Assembly: GCA_032249135.1 (NCBI GenBank)
Contig: JAVVGL010000002.1
Location: 74,141 to 138,140, forward strand
Origin: Candidatus Calescibacterium sp.
GTDB lineage: Bacteria > Calescibacteriota > Calescibacteriia > Calescibacteriales > Calescibacteriaceae
Direction of reading: 5' to 3'
DNA: 64,000 nt
How positions within the stretch are numbered: position 1 is the stretch's first letter; every line of letters starts with the position of its first letter. The notes below the pieces were generated by a model that ran no database searches, was not told the DNA's origin, and saw only the letters and a list, made by a program, of their open reading frames with translations. This document shows, one piece after another, positions 1 to 10,425 of the stretch. The translations under genes and the position numbers were made by a program.

Positions 1-522
1 AAAAAGCAAGTTAAGCTTTCTTTGGTTTATAGCTTTTTCGTACCAAGTTCTTATGTTATTCCCCTGCGTGACTAAGAATATCGGACAAGTATTACATCCC
101 GTTTTTTCCAGCAACTCTATTCTATCCTCTATTACACGGGGCTTTGTACTTTCATGCTGAAAAATTTTTGCTTCATAAGATACTAATGCAATTATTCCAA
201 CGAACTCCCGAAAATTTTTACCATCAAAAAAACTTTGGGTCAAAACATATAACTTTTCTTTTTCACTCTGAACCAATATATTTTTTCTTATAAAATCTTC
301 AAGGGTTTTTTTAGCGTGGTCATGTCCAAAAGGAGAAAGAACAACCCTGACATAATTGAATTCACTCCTTTTTAAAAGTTCTTCTTGCATCTTCTCATCT
401 ATAACATCGTATGGGGGACAGATTATATCGCTCATCTTTTCACTAAAATGTGGAGAATATGTTATTCCTCTAAAAGGTTTTATCACTTCAAAAGATTTCA
501 TTGCTTTTTCATTCTCAATCAT
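1..522 (-). CDS. DUF1015-family protein, 5' part (runs off window start)
   Basis: Manual translation, not in the ORF track: MIENEKAMKSFEVIKPFRGITYS...IICPPYDVID...IFQHESTKPRVIEDRIELLEKTGCNTCPIF. The PFRG, PPYDVI and HE-T motifs are typical of DUF1015. Its ATG (520-522) overlaps the nuoCD stop (ATGA). Confidence 0.8.
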   Translation of the reverse strand, partial: MIENEKAMKSFEVIKPFRGITYSPHFSEKMSDIICPPYDVIDEKMQEELLKRSEFNYVRVVLSPFGHDHAKKTLEDFIRKNILVQSEKEKLYVLTQSFFDGKNFREFVGIIALVSYEAKIFQHESTKPRVIEDRIELLEKTGCNTCPIFLVTQGNNIRTWYEKAINQRKLNLLF

Positions 523-2258
523 CTATCAAGCTCCCCAGCGACTATATTTATACTTCCCAAAACAGCAACAAAATCTGCAAGTTTATGTCCCAAAACCATA
601 TGTCTGAAAGCTTGATATATAGCAAAACAAGGAGGTCTTGTTCTTATTCTCCAAGGGGTTCTTTTTCCAACAGAAATAGCAAAAAATCCGAGCTCACCAT
701 TTGCCGCTTCTCCACCAAAATAATACCAGCCATAAGGAGGAACAACTCCCTCTACAATACCTTTGAAGTGATGAATGAGAGCTTCTATTTGAGTATAAAC
801 ATATTTTTTATCTGGTAAGGTTGGCAAATTAGCGAGCTTATCTGATTTTATTCTTATTCCATCATCTGGTAGATTATCAAGAGCTTGTCTTATTATTTTA
901 GCACTTTGAACCATCTCCTCCATTCTCACAAGATACCTTGAATAAACATCTCCTTCGGTTGCTATTGGGATTTCAAAATCAAACTCATCATACAAACCAT
1001 AAGGCTGGACTTTTCTTATATCCCATGCTACACCAGAGCCACGCAAAGAAGGACCGGTAAATCCCCATTCAATAGCCTCCTCAGCAGAAATGACTCCAAT
1101 TTTGCGAGTTCTATCTATGAAAATTCTGTTTTTAGTAAGAAGGTTATCAACATCTTTTAGAGCTCTTGGTAAAAGTTCATCTATAATATATCTTATTTTC
1201 TGGATTGTTTTTTCATCTAAATCTCTTCTTACTCCTCCGAAAGATGTTCCCGATGTTGTAAGACGAGCCCCGACAGCCCACTCAAAAACCGAATATATCT
1301 CCTCTCTTACCTTGAAAAAGTACCAGAAAGGAGTGAGAGCTCCGAGATCAACAGCCATAGTGCCAATTGATACAAGATGATCTGCAATACGAGAAAGTTC
1401 TCCTAAAATCACCCTTATATATTTTGCCCTGCGCGGGACATCATCCCATATACCAAGCCACCTTTCAATCATTTCGGTGTAAATCATGTTGTTAAGGTAA
1501 GCAGAAAGATAGTTTAATCTATCTGTCATAGGAATGAAGTCTTCCCATCTCATATTTTCACCATTTTTTTCAACTCCTCGGTGCAAGTATCCTATTTCAA
1601 GGTCTACTCCTATTATGTCTTCTCCTTCAAGCTCAAATATCATTCTGAATGTTCCGTGAGTTGCAGGATGGGTTGGACCAACATTAATTATCATCCTTGA
1701 ACCTTCCTCAAAAACATCCTCTGGTTTTTCCTTTCCAGGAAGTCTTACAAACCTTGGGGTATATTTTGTTCCTATGTATTCCTTGACACCTTTTGTTGGG
1801 AAATCTTTTCTAAGTGGATGTCCCTCAAAATCCTCAGGGAGCATTATTCTTCTGAGATCCGGGTGTCCTTCAAACTTTATGCCCAAAAGATCATAAACTT
1901 CTCTTTCAAACCAATCTGCACCGCGGAAAAGTTTTGTAGATGATGGTACAGGAGTTGAATCATCAGCTGGAACAATTACTCTTACTCTCTCATTTTGCGG
2001 TATTTTCAAAAAATGATATATTACGGCAAATCTTGTTTTTACACCTGCATACTCTTTGAGCCTTTCGTTATCGTAAAAATCTACTCCGAAAAGGTCTAAG
2101 ATCATATTGAATCCATCCTCTTTGAGTTTTTGTTCAAACATAATAAGGTTTTGAGGTTTCACAACAAATTCAGGCATATCTCTTAAAGTGGAACGCTCGT
2201 ATAGACCCTCTGTCAAGATTCTTACTTTCTCATAAATTTCCTGTTTCGTTTTTCCCAT
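519..2258 (-). CDS. nuoCD: NADH-quinone oxidoreductase fused subunit C/D
   Basis: NuoC motifs (ADWFEREVYDLLGIKFEGHPDLRRI, GHPLRKDFP) fused to NuoD motifs (GPTHPATHG, GYLHRGVEK, C-terminal GELDR). Start placed at MGKTKQ (2258); the ORF track extends to 2363. Confidence 0.95.
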   Translation of the reverse strand: MGKTKQEIYEKVRILTEGLYERSTLRDMPEFVVKPQNLIMFEQKLKEDGFNMILDLFGVDFYDNERLKEYAGVKTRFAVIYHFLKIPQNERVRVIVPADDSTPVPSSTKLFRGADWFEREVYDLLGIKFEGHPDLRRIMLPEDFEGHPLRKDFPTKGVKEYIGTKYTPRFVRLPGKEKPEDVFEEGSRMIINVGPTHPATHGTFRMIFELEGEDIIGVDLEIGYLHRGVEKNGENMRWEDFIPMTDRLNYLSAYLNNMIYTEMIERWLGIWDDVPRRAKYIRVILGELSRIADHLVSIGTMAVDLGALTPFWYFFKVREEIYSVFEWAVGARLTTSGTSFGGVRRDLDEKTIQKIRYIIDELLPRALKDVDNLLTKNRIFIDRTRKIGVISAEEAIEWGFTGPSLRGSGVAWDIRKVQPYGLYDEFDFEIPIATEGDVYSRYLVRMEEMVQSAKIIRQALDNLPDDGIRIKSDKLANLPTLPDKKYVYTQIEALIHHFKGIVEGVVPPYGWYYFGGEAANGELGFFAISVGKRTPWRIRTRPPCFAIYQAFRHMVLGHKLADFVAVLGSINIVAGELDR

Positions 2259-2451
2259 AATTTTAGATTTTTCTTGAAATCTTAAAATTTGATTTTTGCT
2301 GTTTTTTTGTTCATTTTTACCCCGTAATAAAAAAATAAAATCGTCTTTACGATTTGAAAACAAAAAGGAAAAAATAAAAATAAAGAGAATTTAAAAAAAT
2401 CATTCAAAATGACAAATGATATATTTGGACTTAAAGTTCTTATTGAAATAG

Positions 2452-3216
2452 ATGAAGGTCATTTCAATATTTTCTGAAAAAGGAGGAGTAGGAAAGACAA
2501 CAATTGCAACAAATCTTGCAGTAAGTTTCGCAAGGAAAGACTATAAAACTTTGATAATAGATATGGACCCCCAGGGTCATGTTGCGAAACTTTTTGGAGT
2601 TGAGCCAGCAAAAAGAAGAATTCTTGAACTGCTCTTGAAAGGAAACATACAGAATATACAGAATGAAGTAATAAAGGGAACAAGAATTCAGAAACTTTTT
2701 GTCCTGCCATCTGATTGGTCGCTCGCGGACTTTACAGTAAATGTAGCACGAGATCCAACAAGACATCTGAAATTGAAGATTTTAATAAACAACATCAAAG
2801 ATATGTTTGATGTAATACTTATAGATTCCCCACCCTCTTTGGAACTGATAACTTTAAATATTTTGCTTGCATCAGAGGGTTTAATAATTCCTGTTGCTCT
2901 CACATATCTTGGACTTGTAGGTACGGCTTCAACAATAAAAATAATAAGCCAAACAAAAAAAGCTTTTAACTACTCCCCAGGAATTATAGCTTTTGTCCCA
3001 AATTTTTATGATGATTCACCCTTTACAAAAGAGCTACTTTCAAGGCTCAGGGAAAAACTTGGTAAATTAGTCTCAAAAACAATAATTCACAAAGACTACG
3101 AGATAGACAAATCTCAAAGCTATTCCGCTACGGTTGTTGAAGTATCACCGGAGTCAGTAGCAGCAAAAGATTTTGAGAACTTAGCAGACGAAATAATACT
3201 CAAAATAGGAATTTAA
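2452..3216 (+). CDS. parA: ParA/Soj-family ATPase (orphan, no adjacent parB)
   Basis: Deviant Walker A KGGVGKTT, IIDMDPQG, Walker B ILIDSPP. Confidence 0.88.
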   Translation: MKVISIFSEKGGVGKTTIATNLAVSFARKDYKTLIIDMDPQGHVAKLFGVEPAKRRILELLLKGNIQNIQNEVIKGTRIQKLFVLPSDWSLADFTVNVARDPTRHLKLKILINNIKDMFDVILIDSPPSLELITLNILLASEGLIIPVALTYLGLVGTASTIKIISQTKKAFNYSPGIIAFVPNFYDDSPFTKELLSRLREKLGKLVSKTIIHKDYEIDKSQSYSATVVEVSPESVAAKDFENLADEIILKIGI

Positions 3217-3244
3217 TAAATGAATAACATCTCCCGAATAAGGG

Positions 3245-4963
3245 CTAACATCTTCCGAATCTTCTCTCGAGTTCATCTATTGAGATTTTTATAACGGCAG
3301 GTCTTCCGTGTGGACATCTTTGATTTGGGTCAAAGTCTTGTAAAATAAAAGCAACATCCCAAATATTCAGACTATCTCCTTTTCTTATAGCGTTTCTGCA
3401 AGAATATGAGGCTAAAAATTTATCTCTTGCAGATTCATCAAATCCTTCCTGAAACTCCTGAAAAAAATCCGCAAGATCAACACCGGAAAGATAAGAAGGT
3501 ATAGATCTGATAAGAATTTTGTTGCCATCAATATCAAATTCAAGTCCAATTTTCTCAAAATCATCTTTATGAGACAAAACACTCTCAACTGATGTCTTCG
3601 GTAATTCTATCTCAAAAGGTATAACAAACCTCAATTTTTCAAATTTATCTGTGCTGAGTTTACTTCTCATTTCAGCGTAAAGTTTTCCTTCGTGATATGC
3701 GTGAATATCTACTATATAAACTTCGCCCTCCCACTCAACAAAAGCAAAAATATCACCTAAAATTGTAAGAATTTTTGGAGATACCCTAACAATCTTTTCC
3801 TGATATACTTGATATTCTCCCTCCTCTTTTCCTTTTTTCTTCTCTTTCTCCTTTCCTTCTTCCTTTTCCAGTTCCCATTTTTTCTCAACACTTACGGTTC
3901 TTACATCATATTGTTGTTGTTCCCGTTGAAAGTTAGAGGGAAGGATGGATTTAACTTTGTGTCTTATTGCTTCTTCAATGGCAGTTATGACGACCTCTTT
4001 TATTTTCAGTGGAGAACGCCATCTTATTTCGGTTTTTGTAGGATTTACATTCACATCATAAAACTCGGGGGGACAATTCATAAATAGTATGAAATCCGAA
4101 TTTTTAAGAAATGAAAATTTAGAAATAGCAGAAAAAATAGTTTTGTCTTTGACATATCTTTTGTTCACAAAAAACCACCTTCCTACCCCAACCTTATCTT
4201 TATAGATTATTCCCTCAACACTTATATCTCCAACCGATAGGAAAACCTCAAAACTATCTTTTTTTGTTTTGTCTTCACCAAAAATTGCGGATATTGTATC
4301 TTTTATGGTTCTTCCGGGTTTCAAGTTAAGATAAACTTCACCTGATCTTATGAGCTTGAAGTGGACTTTCGGAAAAGTCAAAGCAAACCTTGTAAAAACA
4401 TCTAATATATATGAAAACTCAATTCTTTCTCCTGCCAGAAATTTTTTTCTTGCAGGAACATTAAAAAATAGGTCTTTGACAATAACATGAGTTCCTCCAT
4501 CTAAATAAACTTTCTTTACTCCCTTGAATTTTCCTCCCTCTATATAAACTTCTGTTCCTAAATCTTCTGATATGTGCTTTGATCTTATGGTAGTTTTTGA
4601 CACAAGTGAGATAGCGTGAAGAGCTTCTCCTCTGAAACCGAAGGTTCTAATTGAAAAGAGGTCGTTTTCATCTTTTATTTTGCTTGTGGCGTGCTTCCTG
4701 AAGCACAATAGAACATCTTTTTCTGTCATTCCCTCACCATCATCAAAAACGGAAATTTCATCTTTGGTGTCGATATTAACTTCTATGTAGTTTGCTCCTG
4801 CATCCAAAGAATTTTCCACAAGTTCTTTGACTACGGATGCTGGTCTTTCCACAACTTCACCGGCAGCGATAAGTTGAGCAACTTTTTCAGGTAAAACAAA
4901 TATTTTTCCGGGTACTTTACCTTGATTCAAATTTACTGAATCGTTTTCCATATCATCCCTCAT
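3245..4963 (-). CDS. mutL: DNA mismatch repair protein MutL
   Basis: IAAGEVVERPASVVKELVENSLDAGA, TFGFRGEAL, DVNVNPTK, C-terminal SCR and CPHGRP. Confidence 0.95.
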   Translation of the reverse strand: MRDDMENDSVNLNQGKVPGKIFVLPEKVAQLIAAGEVVERPASVVKELVENSLDAGANYIEVNIDTKDEISVFDDGEGMTEKDVLLCFRKHATSKIKDENDLFSIRTFGFRGEALHAISLVSKTTIRSKHISEDLGTEVYIEGGKFKGVKKVYLDGGTHVIVKDLFFNVPARKKFLAGERIEFSYILDVFTRFALTFPKVHFKLIRSGEVYLNLKPGRTIKDTISAIFGEDKTKKDSFEVFLSVGDISVEGIIYKDKVGVGRWFFVNKRYVKDKTIFSAISKFSFLKNSDFILFMNCPPEFYDVNVNPTKTEIRWRSPLKIKEVVITAIEEAIRHKVKSILPSNFQREQQQYDVRTVSVEKKWELEKEEGKEKEKKKGKEEGEYQVYQEKIVRVSPKILTILGDIFAFVEWEGEVYIVDIHAYHEGKLYAEMRSKLSTDKFEKLRFVIPFEIELPKTSVESVLSHKDDFEKIGLEFDIDGNKILIRSIPSYLSGVDLADFFQEFQEGFDESARDKFLASYSCRNAIRKGDSLNIWDVAFILQDFDPNQRCPHGRPAVIKISIDELERRFGRC

Positions 4964-4991
4964 AATAACATCTTCTTATACATAATCAAAT

Positions 4992-6224
4992 TTAAGTTCC
5001 TTCTTCCCAGGATTGCAAATATTTTATTTGTTCCTCTGTGAGCTTTTCCAACTTTACTCCCATAGATTTAAGTTTGAGCTCAGCAACAAGATTATCTATT
5101 TCGTCTGGAACTTTATAAACTTTTTTTTCAAGTTTGTTGTGGTTTTCAAAGATGTATTTTACTGAAAGGGCTTGATTTGCAAAAGACATATCCATAACAT
5201 GAGGTGGATGTCCTTCCGCAGCTGCGAGATTCACAAGTCTTCCCTCTGCAAGGACAAAAATTCTTTTTCCATCAATAATATATTCTTCAACGTATGGTCT
5301 CACCTGCCTTGGTTTTGAGATTTGTTTGAGTTTTGATATTTCAATTTCAACATCAAAGTGTCCAGAGTTAGCCAAAATCGCTCCATCTTTCATCTTTAAT
5401 ATGTGCTCCAATCTTATGACAGATTTGTTTCCTGTAACTGTGACAAAAATATCACCGATCTTGGCAGCTGAATCCATATCCATAACTTCGTAACCATCAA
5501 GTAAGGCTTCAAGTGCTTTTATTGGATCAACCTCAACTACGATAACATGAGCCCCCATGCCACGAGCTCTCATAGCGACACCCTTTCCGCACATTCCATA
5601 ACCTGCAACGACAAACTTTTTACCTGCAAGAAGAATGTTTGTTGCTCTCAAAATTCCATCTATTGTGCTTTGTCCTGTACCGTATCTATTATCAAAAAGA
5701 TGTTTTGTTTTTGCATCGTTAACAGCAATAACTGGGAACTTCAAAACCCCATCTTTTTCCATAGCTTTGAGTCTTATGACTCCCGTTGTGGTTTCCTCTG
5801 TTCCCCCCAGTGGTATAACATTTTTTTTGTGAGCGTAAGATGTAAGATCTGCTCCATCATCAACGGTGACATCAGGTTTTTTAGATAAAACAGCTTCTAT
5901 ATGCTGGTAGTATACTTCATTTGATTCGCCCTTTATTGCATAGACATCTATTCCTTCTGAAACAAGATAAGCAGCAACTTCATCCTGCGTTGAAAGTGGA
6001 TTTGAAGCACATAAATAGACATCAGCTCCACCGGCTTTCAAGGTAAGAACTAAATTTGCAGTCTCAGAGGTAACATGAAGACAACAACCTACTTTCACTC
6101 CTTTTAGAGGTTTAGTTTTCTCAAATTCCTCCCTTATTAGCCTTATCACAGGCATATTAAAGTATGCCCATTCTACCTTGTTTTTGCCTTGCTCACTCAA
6201 CTTAGGATCTTTTATATCAGGCAT
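4992..6224 (-). CDS. ahcY: Adenosylhomocysteinase
   Basis: [48 protein letters not shown]. Confidence 0.97.
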   Translation of the reverse strand: MPDIKDPKLSEQGKNKVEWAYFNMPVIRLIREEFEKTKPLKGVKVGCCLHVTSETANLVLTLKAGGADVYLCASNPLSTQDEVAAYLVSEGIDVYAIKGESNEVYYQHIEAVLSKKPDVTVDDGADLTSYAHKKNVIPLGGTEETTTGVIRLKAMEKDGVLKFPVIAVNDAKTKHLFDNRYGTGQSTIDGILRATNILLAGKKFVVAGYGMCGKGVAMRARGMGAHVIVVEVDPIKALEALLDGYEVMDMDSAAKIGDIFVTVTGNKSVIRLEHILKMKDGAILANSGHFDVEIEISKLKQISKPRQVRPYVEEYIIDGKRIFVLAEGRLVNLAAAEGHPPHVMDMSFANQALSVKYIFENHNKLEKKVYKVPDEIDNLVAELKLKSMGVKLEKLTEEQIKYLQSWEEGT

Positions 6225-6405
6225 AGTGATTTTATTTTTAGTGGAAGATCACTGATTTTGTTTTTTACCCGAACTTTTCCAAAAAGCAATAATTAGCCTA
6301 TTTTTTAACGATGACTGTAAAAAAGACCGGCAGTTCATTACTAAAAATGAGAAGATTTGACTTAAAATGGAGAAATTTTGAGGTCAGATATTTTAAAATT
6401 TTTAT

Positions 6406-7455
6406 ATGAGATCCGCTCTATTTGTTTTCTCTATATTTTCGCTATGTGCAATAGGACTTCTGTTCATTTTTGGAATATCACCTATAAGGGGTGGATATGA
6501 TCAATATCTTATGTTCAAAAAACAAGTCATAGCAGTTGTAATAGGAGTTGTACTTATGTTTCTTATTTCACAACTTTCACCTGATATATTGAGAAGGATC
6601 TCAGTTCCAATTTTTATCATCTGTTTCGCAGGAGTTATATCAACATTATTTTTAGGAAAAGGAAGCGCAAAAAGATGGCTCTATTTTCCCGGATTCTCAA
6701 TTCAACCTGTGGAATTTTTCAAAGTATCTTATATTATCCTTCTGTCTAATTTGCTCTCAAAAATTAAACATGAAATAGATATATACGGATTTTTACTTTT
6801 TGTTCTGGCAAACGTAATTTTTACACTCCCTATTCTTCTTCAACCAGATTACGGAAACTTTATTATAATTTTTTCAATCACTACTTTTCTCCTTTTCATA
6901 AAGGGAGTAAAAATAAGATACATCTTATCTTTGCTGATACCTGCAATTCCCGCGTTTCTTGCACTTATATTTTTTTCTCCATACAGAATGAAAAGGATAT
7001 TGGCATTTTTATCACCCTGGGATGACCCACAAGGGAAAGGATTTCAGATAATACAATCTATGATTTCTTACTCTGCGGGAGGAATAAATGGATCAGGTAT
7101 AGGAGAGGGGATGCAGAAACTTTTTTTCCTACCAGCTGCTCATACAGATTTTATAATATCTTCAATAGCAGAGGAAACTGGTCTTATAGGTATAACAGCA
7201 ATTGTAATGCTCTTTTCAGTAATAACTTTTATTGGCTTTTCAACTGCAAAAAATATAAAAGATGAATTCTCAAAAATTTTAATTGCAGGAATTACATTCA
7301 TGCTCTCAATTGAGGTAGTAATAAACTTATTTGTATCGGTCGGTCTTTTACCAGCAAAGGGATTACCCTTGCCATTTGTGAGCTATGGGGGTTCATCTAT
7401 AATATCATCTTTCATAGCAGCAGGCATAATTTTACAAAGTATAACAAAAGAGTAG
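6406..7455 (+). CDS. ftsW: SEDS-family peptidoglycan glycosyltransferase FtsW
   Basis: Multi-TM protein; AKRW, QPVEFFK, QPDYG, LPAAHTDFI, PAKGLPLPFVSYGGSS. Confidence 0.9.
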   Translation: MRSALFVFSIFSLCAIGLLFIFGISPIRGGYDQYLMFKKQVIAVVIGVVLMFLISQLSPDILRRISVPIFIICFAGVISTLFLGKGSAKRWLYFPGFSIQPVEFFKVSYIILLSNLLSKIKHEIDIYGFLLFVLANVIFTLPILLQPDYGNFIIIFSITTFLLFIKGVKIRYILSLLIPAIPAFLALIFFSPYRMKRILAFLSPWDDPQGKGFQIIQSMISYSAGGINGSGIGEGMQKLFFLPAAHTDFIISSIAEETGLIGITAIVMLFSVITFIGFSTAKNIKDEFSKILIAGITFMLSIEVVINLFVSVGLLPAKGLPLPFVSYGGSSIISSFIAAGIILQSITKE

Positions 7456-7543
7456 AAAAAGAAAATATCTGCTTGATCTGATCAGAAAAAATTTGATCCG
7501 ATCAGAAAAAATCAGAAATTTTAGCTCAAAGGTTTTCTATCTT

Positions 7544-8698
7544 TTAAATTTCACCGAGAACTTTTCTAACAAGTGGACTCACAATCTTACCATCATGACA
7601 AACAGCGGTATCTCTTATTATCTCATCCTCAAAGTTGAGAACTATTTTCCCATCAACTAAAAGCAACCTTATAAAATTTGCTATATTTTTAGAGTAAAGA
7701 AATGAAGAATCACGAGGATAGTAATTTGCAGGATTGACCATACCTATTATTTTTACTCCTCTGAAATCTACAATTTTTCCAGGTTCTGTCAGCTCGCAAT
7801 TTCCACCTTTTTCAGCTGCAAGATCCACAATTACAGAACCTGGTCTCATTTTCTCAACCATATCGCGTGTTATAAGAACAGGAGCTTTTTTTCCCGGAAC
7901 CATAGCAGTAGATATAACAACATCGGCAGCAGCGACATGTTCAGCCATAAGTTCTCTCTGCTTTTTGTAGAACTCTTCCCCCATAGCTTTTGCGTATCCA
8001 CCCTCTGCTCTTGCTTCTTCTGTTTCAAGACCGAGCTCAACAAACTTTGCCCCAACACTTTGCACTTGCTCCTTTGTTTCAGGTCTTATATCATATCCCT
8101 CAACAACAGCTCCGAGTTTTTTAGATAAAGCCATGGCTTGAAGTCCAGCAACTCCCGCACCTATGACAAAAACTTTTGCAGGCTTTATAGTCCCACCAGC
8201 AGTCATATAGAGAGGAAAGATCTTATCAAGATGTTTTGCAGCCTCAATAACTGCTGCATAACCTGCAATCGTTGCCATAGAAGAGAGAGCATCCATGCTT
8301 TGAGCCCGAGATATACGAGGAATAAGTTCAACAGAAAATGCAGTAACTTTTTTCTCTGCTATCTTTTTTATAACTTCCGGATACGCAAGAGGCTCCAAAA
8401 ATCCCATTATTATTTTTCCTTCTTTCAGTAAAGGCAGATCTCTTTCCTCAACCTCCCGAGAAGCACCGGGACCTCTTACATATAAGATTATATCTGATTT
8501 TTCAAGAACTTCTTCACGAGATTCAGCTATTTCAACGCCAACTTTTTTGTAATCCTCATCTGAAATAAAAATTCCTTCTCCGTACCCCTTCTCTACGATT
8601 ACTTTTGCACCCTTTTTTATGTATTGTTGTGCTACCTCTGGAATTATTGCAACGCGCCTTTCACCAGGGAATAACTCTTTTACTCCCCCTATTATCAT
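7544..8698 (-). CDS. pntA: NAD(P) transhydrogenase alpha subunit, soluble domain I (PntAA type)
   Basis: ERRVA, PRISRAQSMDALSSMATIAGY, GAGVAGL, GGYAK, DLAAEKGGNCE; no TM segment. Confidence 0.93.
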   Translation of the reverse strand: MIIGGVKELFPGERRVAIIPEVAQQYIKKGAKVIVEKGYGEGIFISDEDYKKVGVEIAESREEVLEKSDIILYVRGPGASREVEERDLPLLKEGKIIMGFLEPLAYPEVIKKIAEKKVTAFSVELIPRISRAQSMDALSSMATIAGYAAVIEAAKHLDKIFPLYMTAGGTIKPAKVFVIGAGVAGLQAMALSKKLGAVVEGYDIRPETKEQVQSVGAKFVELGLETEEARAEGGYAKAMGEEFYKKQRELMAEHVAAADVVISTAMVPGKKAPVLITRDMVEKMRPGSVIVDLAAEKGGNCELTEPGKIVDFRGVKIIGMVNPANYYPRDSSFLYSKNIANFIRLLLVDGKIVLNFEDEIIRDTAVCHDGKIVSPLVRKVLGEI

Positions 8699-8799
8699 AC
8701 CCTATATTTTTTTTATGCCACCGAAACTTTCCTCTTTGACAGGAATTTACAAATAAAAAGAAAAAAAGAAAAAAATAAATATTGAATTATTGAAATATA

Positions 8800-10314
8800 A
8801 TGGCAACAAAATACCTCACCAAATTCTGGCGAAAACTTTTCCTTCATAACAAAATATTCATTGGTCTGATAGCAGGAGCGATATTTGGAGCGGTTTTTAA
8901 GCAGGATCTCCGAAAATTAGAAATCATAATCAAAGAAGAAAAAACCGGTAAAAAGCAAAAGTTCGTGGTTGCAGGATGGGAAAAAGCAGAATTTATTTTA
9001 GGTGACTCAAAGATAGAGTTTTCAGAAAAAGACGGTACAATAAAAGTAATCAAATTTTTCCAAAACCTCCCTGATAAAGAAAAACTTGTAATAATTTTTC
9101 ACAAAACAGGGAAAGCAGGAGAAGAAAGATTTGAGAGAGTAATTAGCATACAAAAAGTTGAAACTCCTGCTTCTGCAATAAAGCCAGTAGGAATCATTTT
9201 TGTGCGTCTTTTAGTTTTTATTGCTATTCCTCTGGTTATAGCTTCTTTGATTTCATCAATAGCAAGCATTGGAGATATGAAAATGTTCGGTCAAATAACA
9301 GTAAAAACACTAACTTACTATATTATAACAACAGTAATAGCAATTGCAATAGGTCTTATTTGTGTAAATTTAATAAAACCAGGACTTAAAATTTCCCCTG
9401 ATATAAAAGATAAAATCGCATCAGAGTATCATGCTGAAATAAAAGAAAGGATAGGAGAAGAGGTCAGATTTGATTTGATTGATTTCATCTTGAATATAGT
9501 TCCAACAAATCCAATAAATGCAGCAGCAAGCGGAAATATGCTTCAGATAATATTTTTTGCCGTCGCCTTTGGTCTTGCTTTAACAAAAATTGACAAAAAT
9601 AAATCAGAAGTTATTACAAAGTTTTTTGACGGTGTAAGCGATGCAACCATAAAGATAGTAAATATTGTTATGAAAATTGCTCCTTATGGAGTTTTCGCTC
9701 TAATCTCCGCAACCGTCGCAGAATTCGGACCCGAAATCATTTACACCATGATATGGTATATAGCTACTGTTCTTTTGGGTTTAGCAATTCATCTTTTCGG
9801 AACTTATTCTGTTTCTGTTAAAATTTTAGGAAAGGAAAATCCAATAAAATTTTTCAGAGGAATAAAAGAAGCACAAATTATTGCTTTCACCACAAGTTCA
9901 AGCGCTGCGACATTACCAGTAAATATTGAATGCATGGAAAAAAATCTTGGAGTTCCAAAACAAATAGCAAACTTTGTATTACCTCTTGGTGCAACTGTGA
10001 ACATGGACGGCACAGCGCTATATCAAGCAGTCGCAGCCGTATTTATAGCTCAAATATACGGAGTAGAAATTGGAATAGCTCAACAGCTTACAATAGTTCT
10101 AATTGCAACTTCCGCATCTGTTGGAACTGCCCCCGTTCCCGGAGCCGGAATAATCATGCTCGCTATAATTTTGAAATCAATAAGTGTCCCAGAAGAAGGA
10201 ATAGCCCTAATACTCGGAGTTGATAGATTTCTTGATATGTGCAGGACGGTTGTGAATGTCACAGGCGATGGAACAGCAGCACTTTTTATTGCAAGGAAAA
10301 CAAGGAATAATTAA
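8800..10314 (+). CDS. gltP: Dicarboxylate/amino acid:cation symporter (GltP/DAACS family) with N-terminal insertion
   Basis: AFTTSSSAATLP, LPLGATVNMDGTALY, DRFLDMCRTVVNVTGD. Confidence 0.9.
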   Translation: MATKYLTKFWRKLFLHNKIFIGLIAGAIFGAVFKQDLRKLEIIIKEEKTGKKQKFVVAGWEKAEFILGDSKIEFSEKDGTIKVIKFFQNLPDKEKLVIIFHKTGKAGEERFERVISIQKVETPASAIKPVGIIFVRLLVFIAIPLVIASLISSIASIGDMKMFGQITVKTLTYYIITTVIAIAIGLICVNLIKPGLKISPDIKDKIASEYHAEIKERIGEEVRFDLIDFILNIVPTNPINAAASGNMLQIIFFAVAFGLALTKIDKNKSEVITKFFDGVSDATIKIVNIVMKIAPYGVFALISATVAEFGPEIIYTMIWYIATVLLGLAIHLFGTYSVSVKILGKENPIKFFRGIKEAQIIAFTTSSSAATLPVNIECMEKNLGVPKQIANFVLPLGATVNMDGTALYQAVAAVFIAQIYGVEIGIAQQLTIVLIATSASVGTAPVPGAGIIMLAIILKSISVPEEGIALILGVDRFLDMCRTVVNVTGDGTAALFIARKTRNN

Positions 10315-10389
10315 CGAACCAAAAATCAATCAGACATGCATCAATCGTAAATACAGAAAATCTGAGATTTTCCATTTAATCGGTTGAGT

Positions 10390-10418
10390 TTGCAATAATG
10401 TATCAAAAAAGATAAAAT
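10390..10418 (+). promoter_or_regulatory. Sigma70-type promoter of flhA (probably leaderless transcript)
   Basis: TTGCAA (10390-10395), 17 nt spacer, TAAAAT (10413-10418), then 7 nt to the ATG at 10426; no SD. Confidence 0.55.
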
Positions 10419-10425
10419 TTTAGTT

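Noticed and set aside
6225..6405. Possible SAH or SAM riboswitch upstream of ahcY
   Set aside because: Region is AT-rich with no stable stems or consensus motifs; it looks like a plain divergent promoter region.
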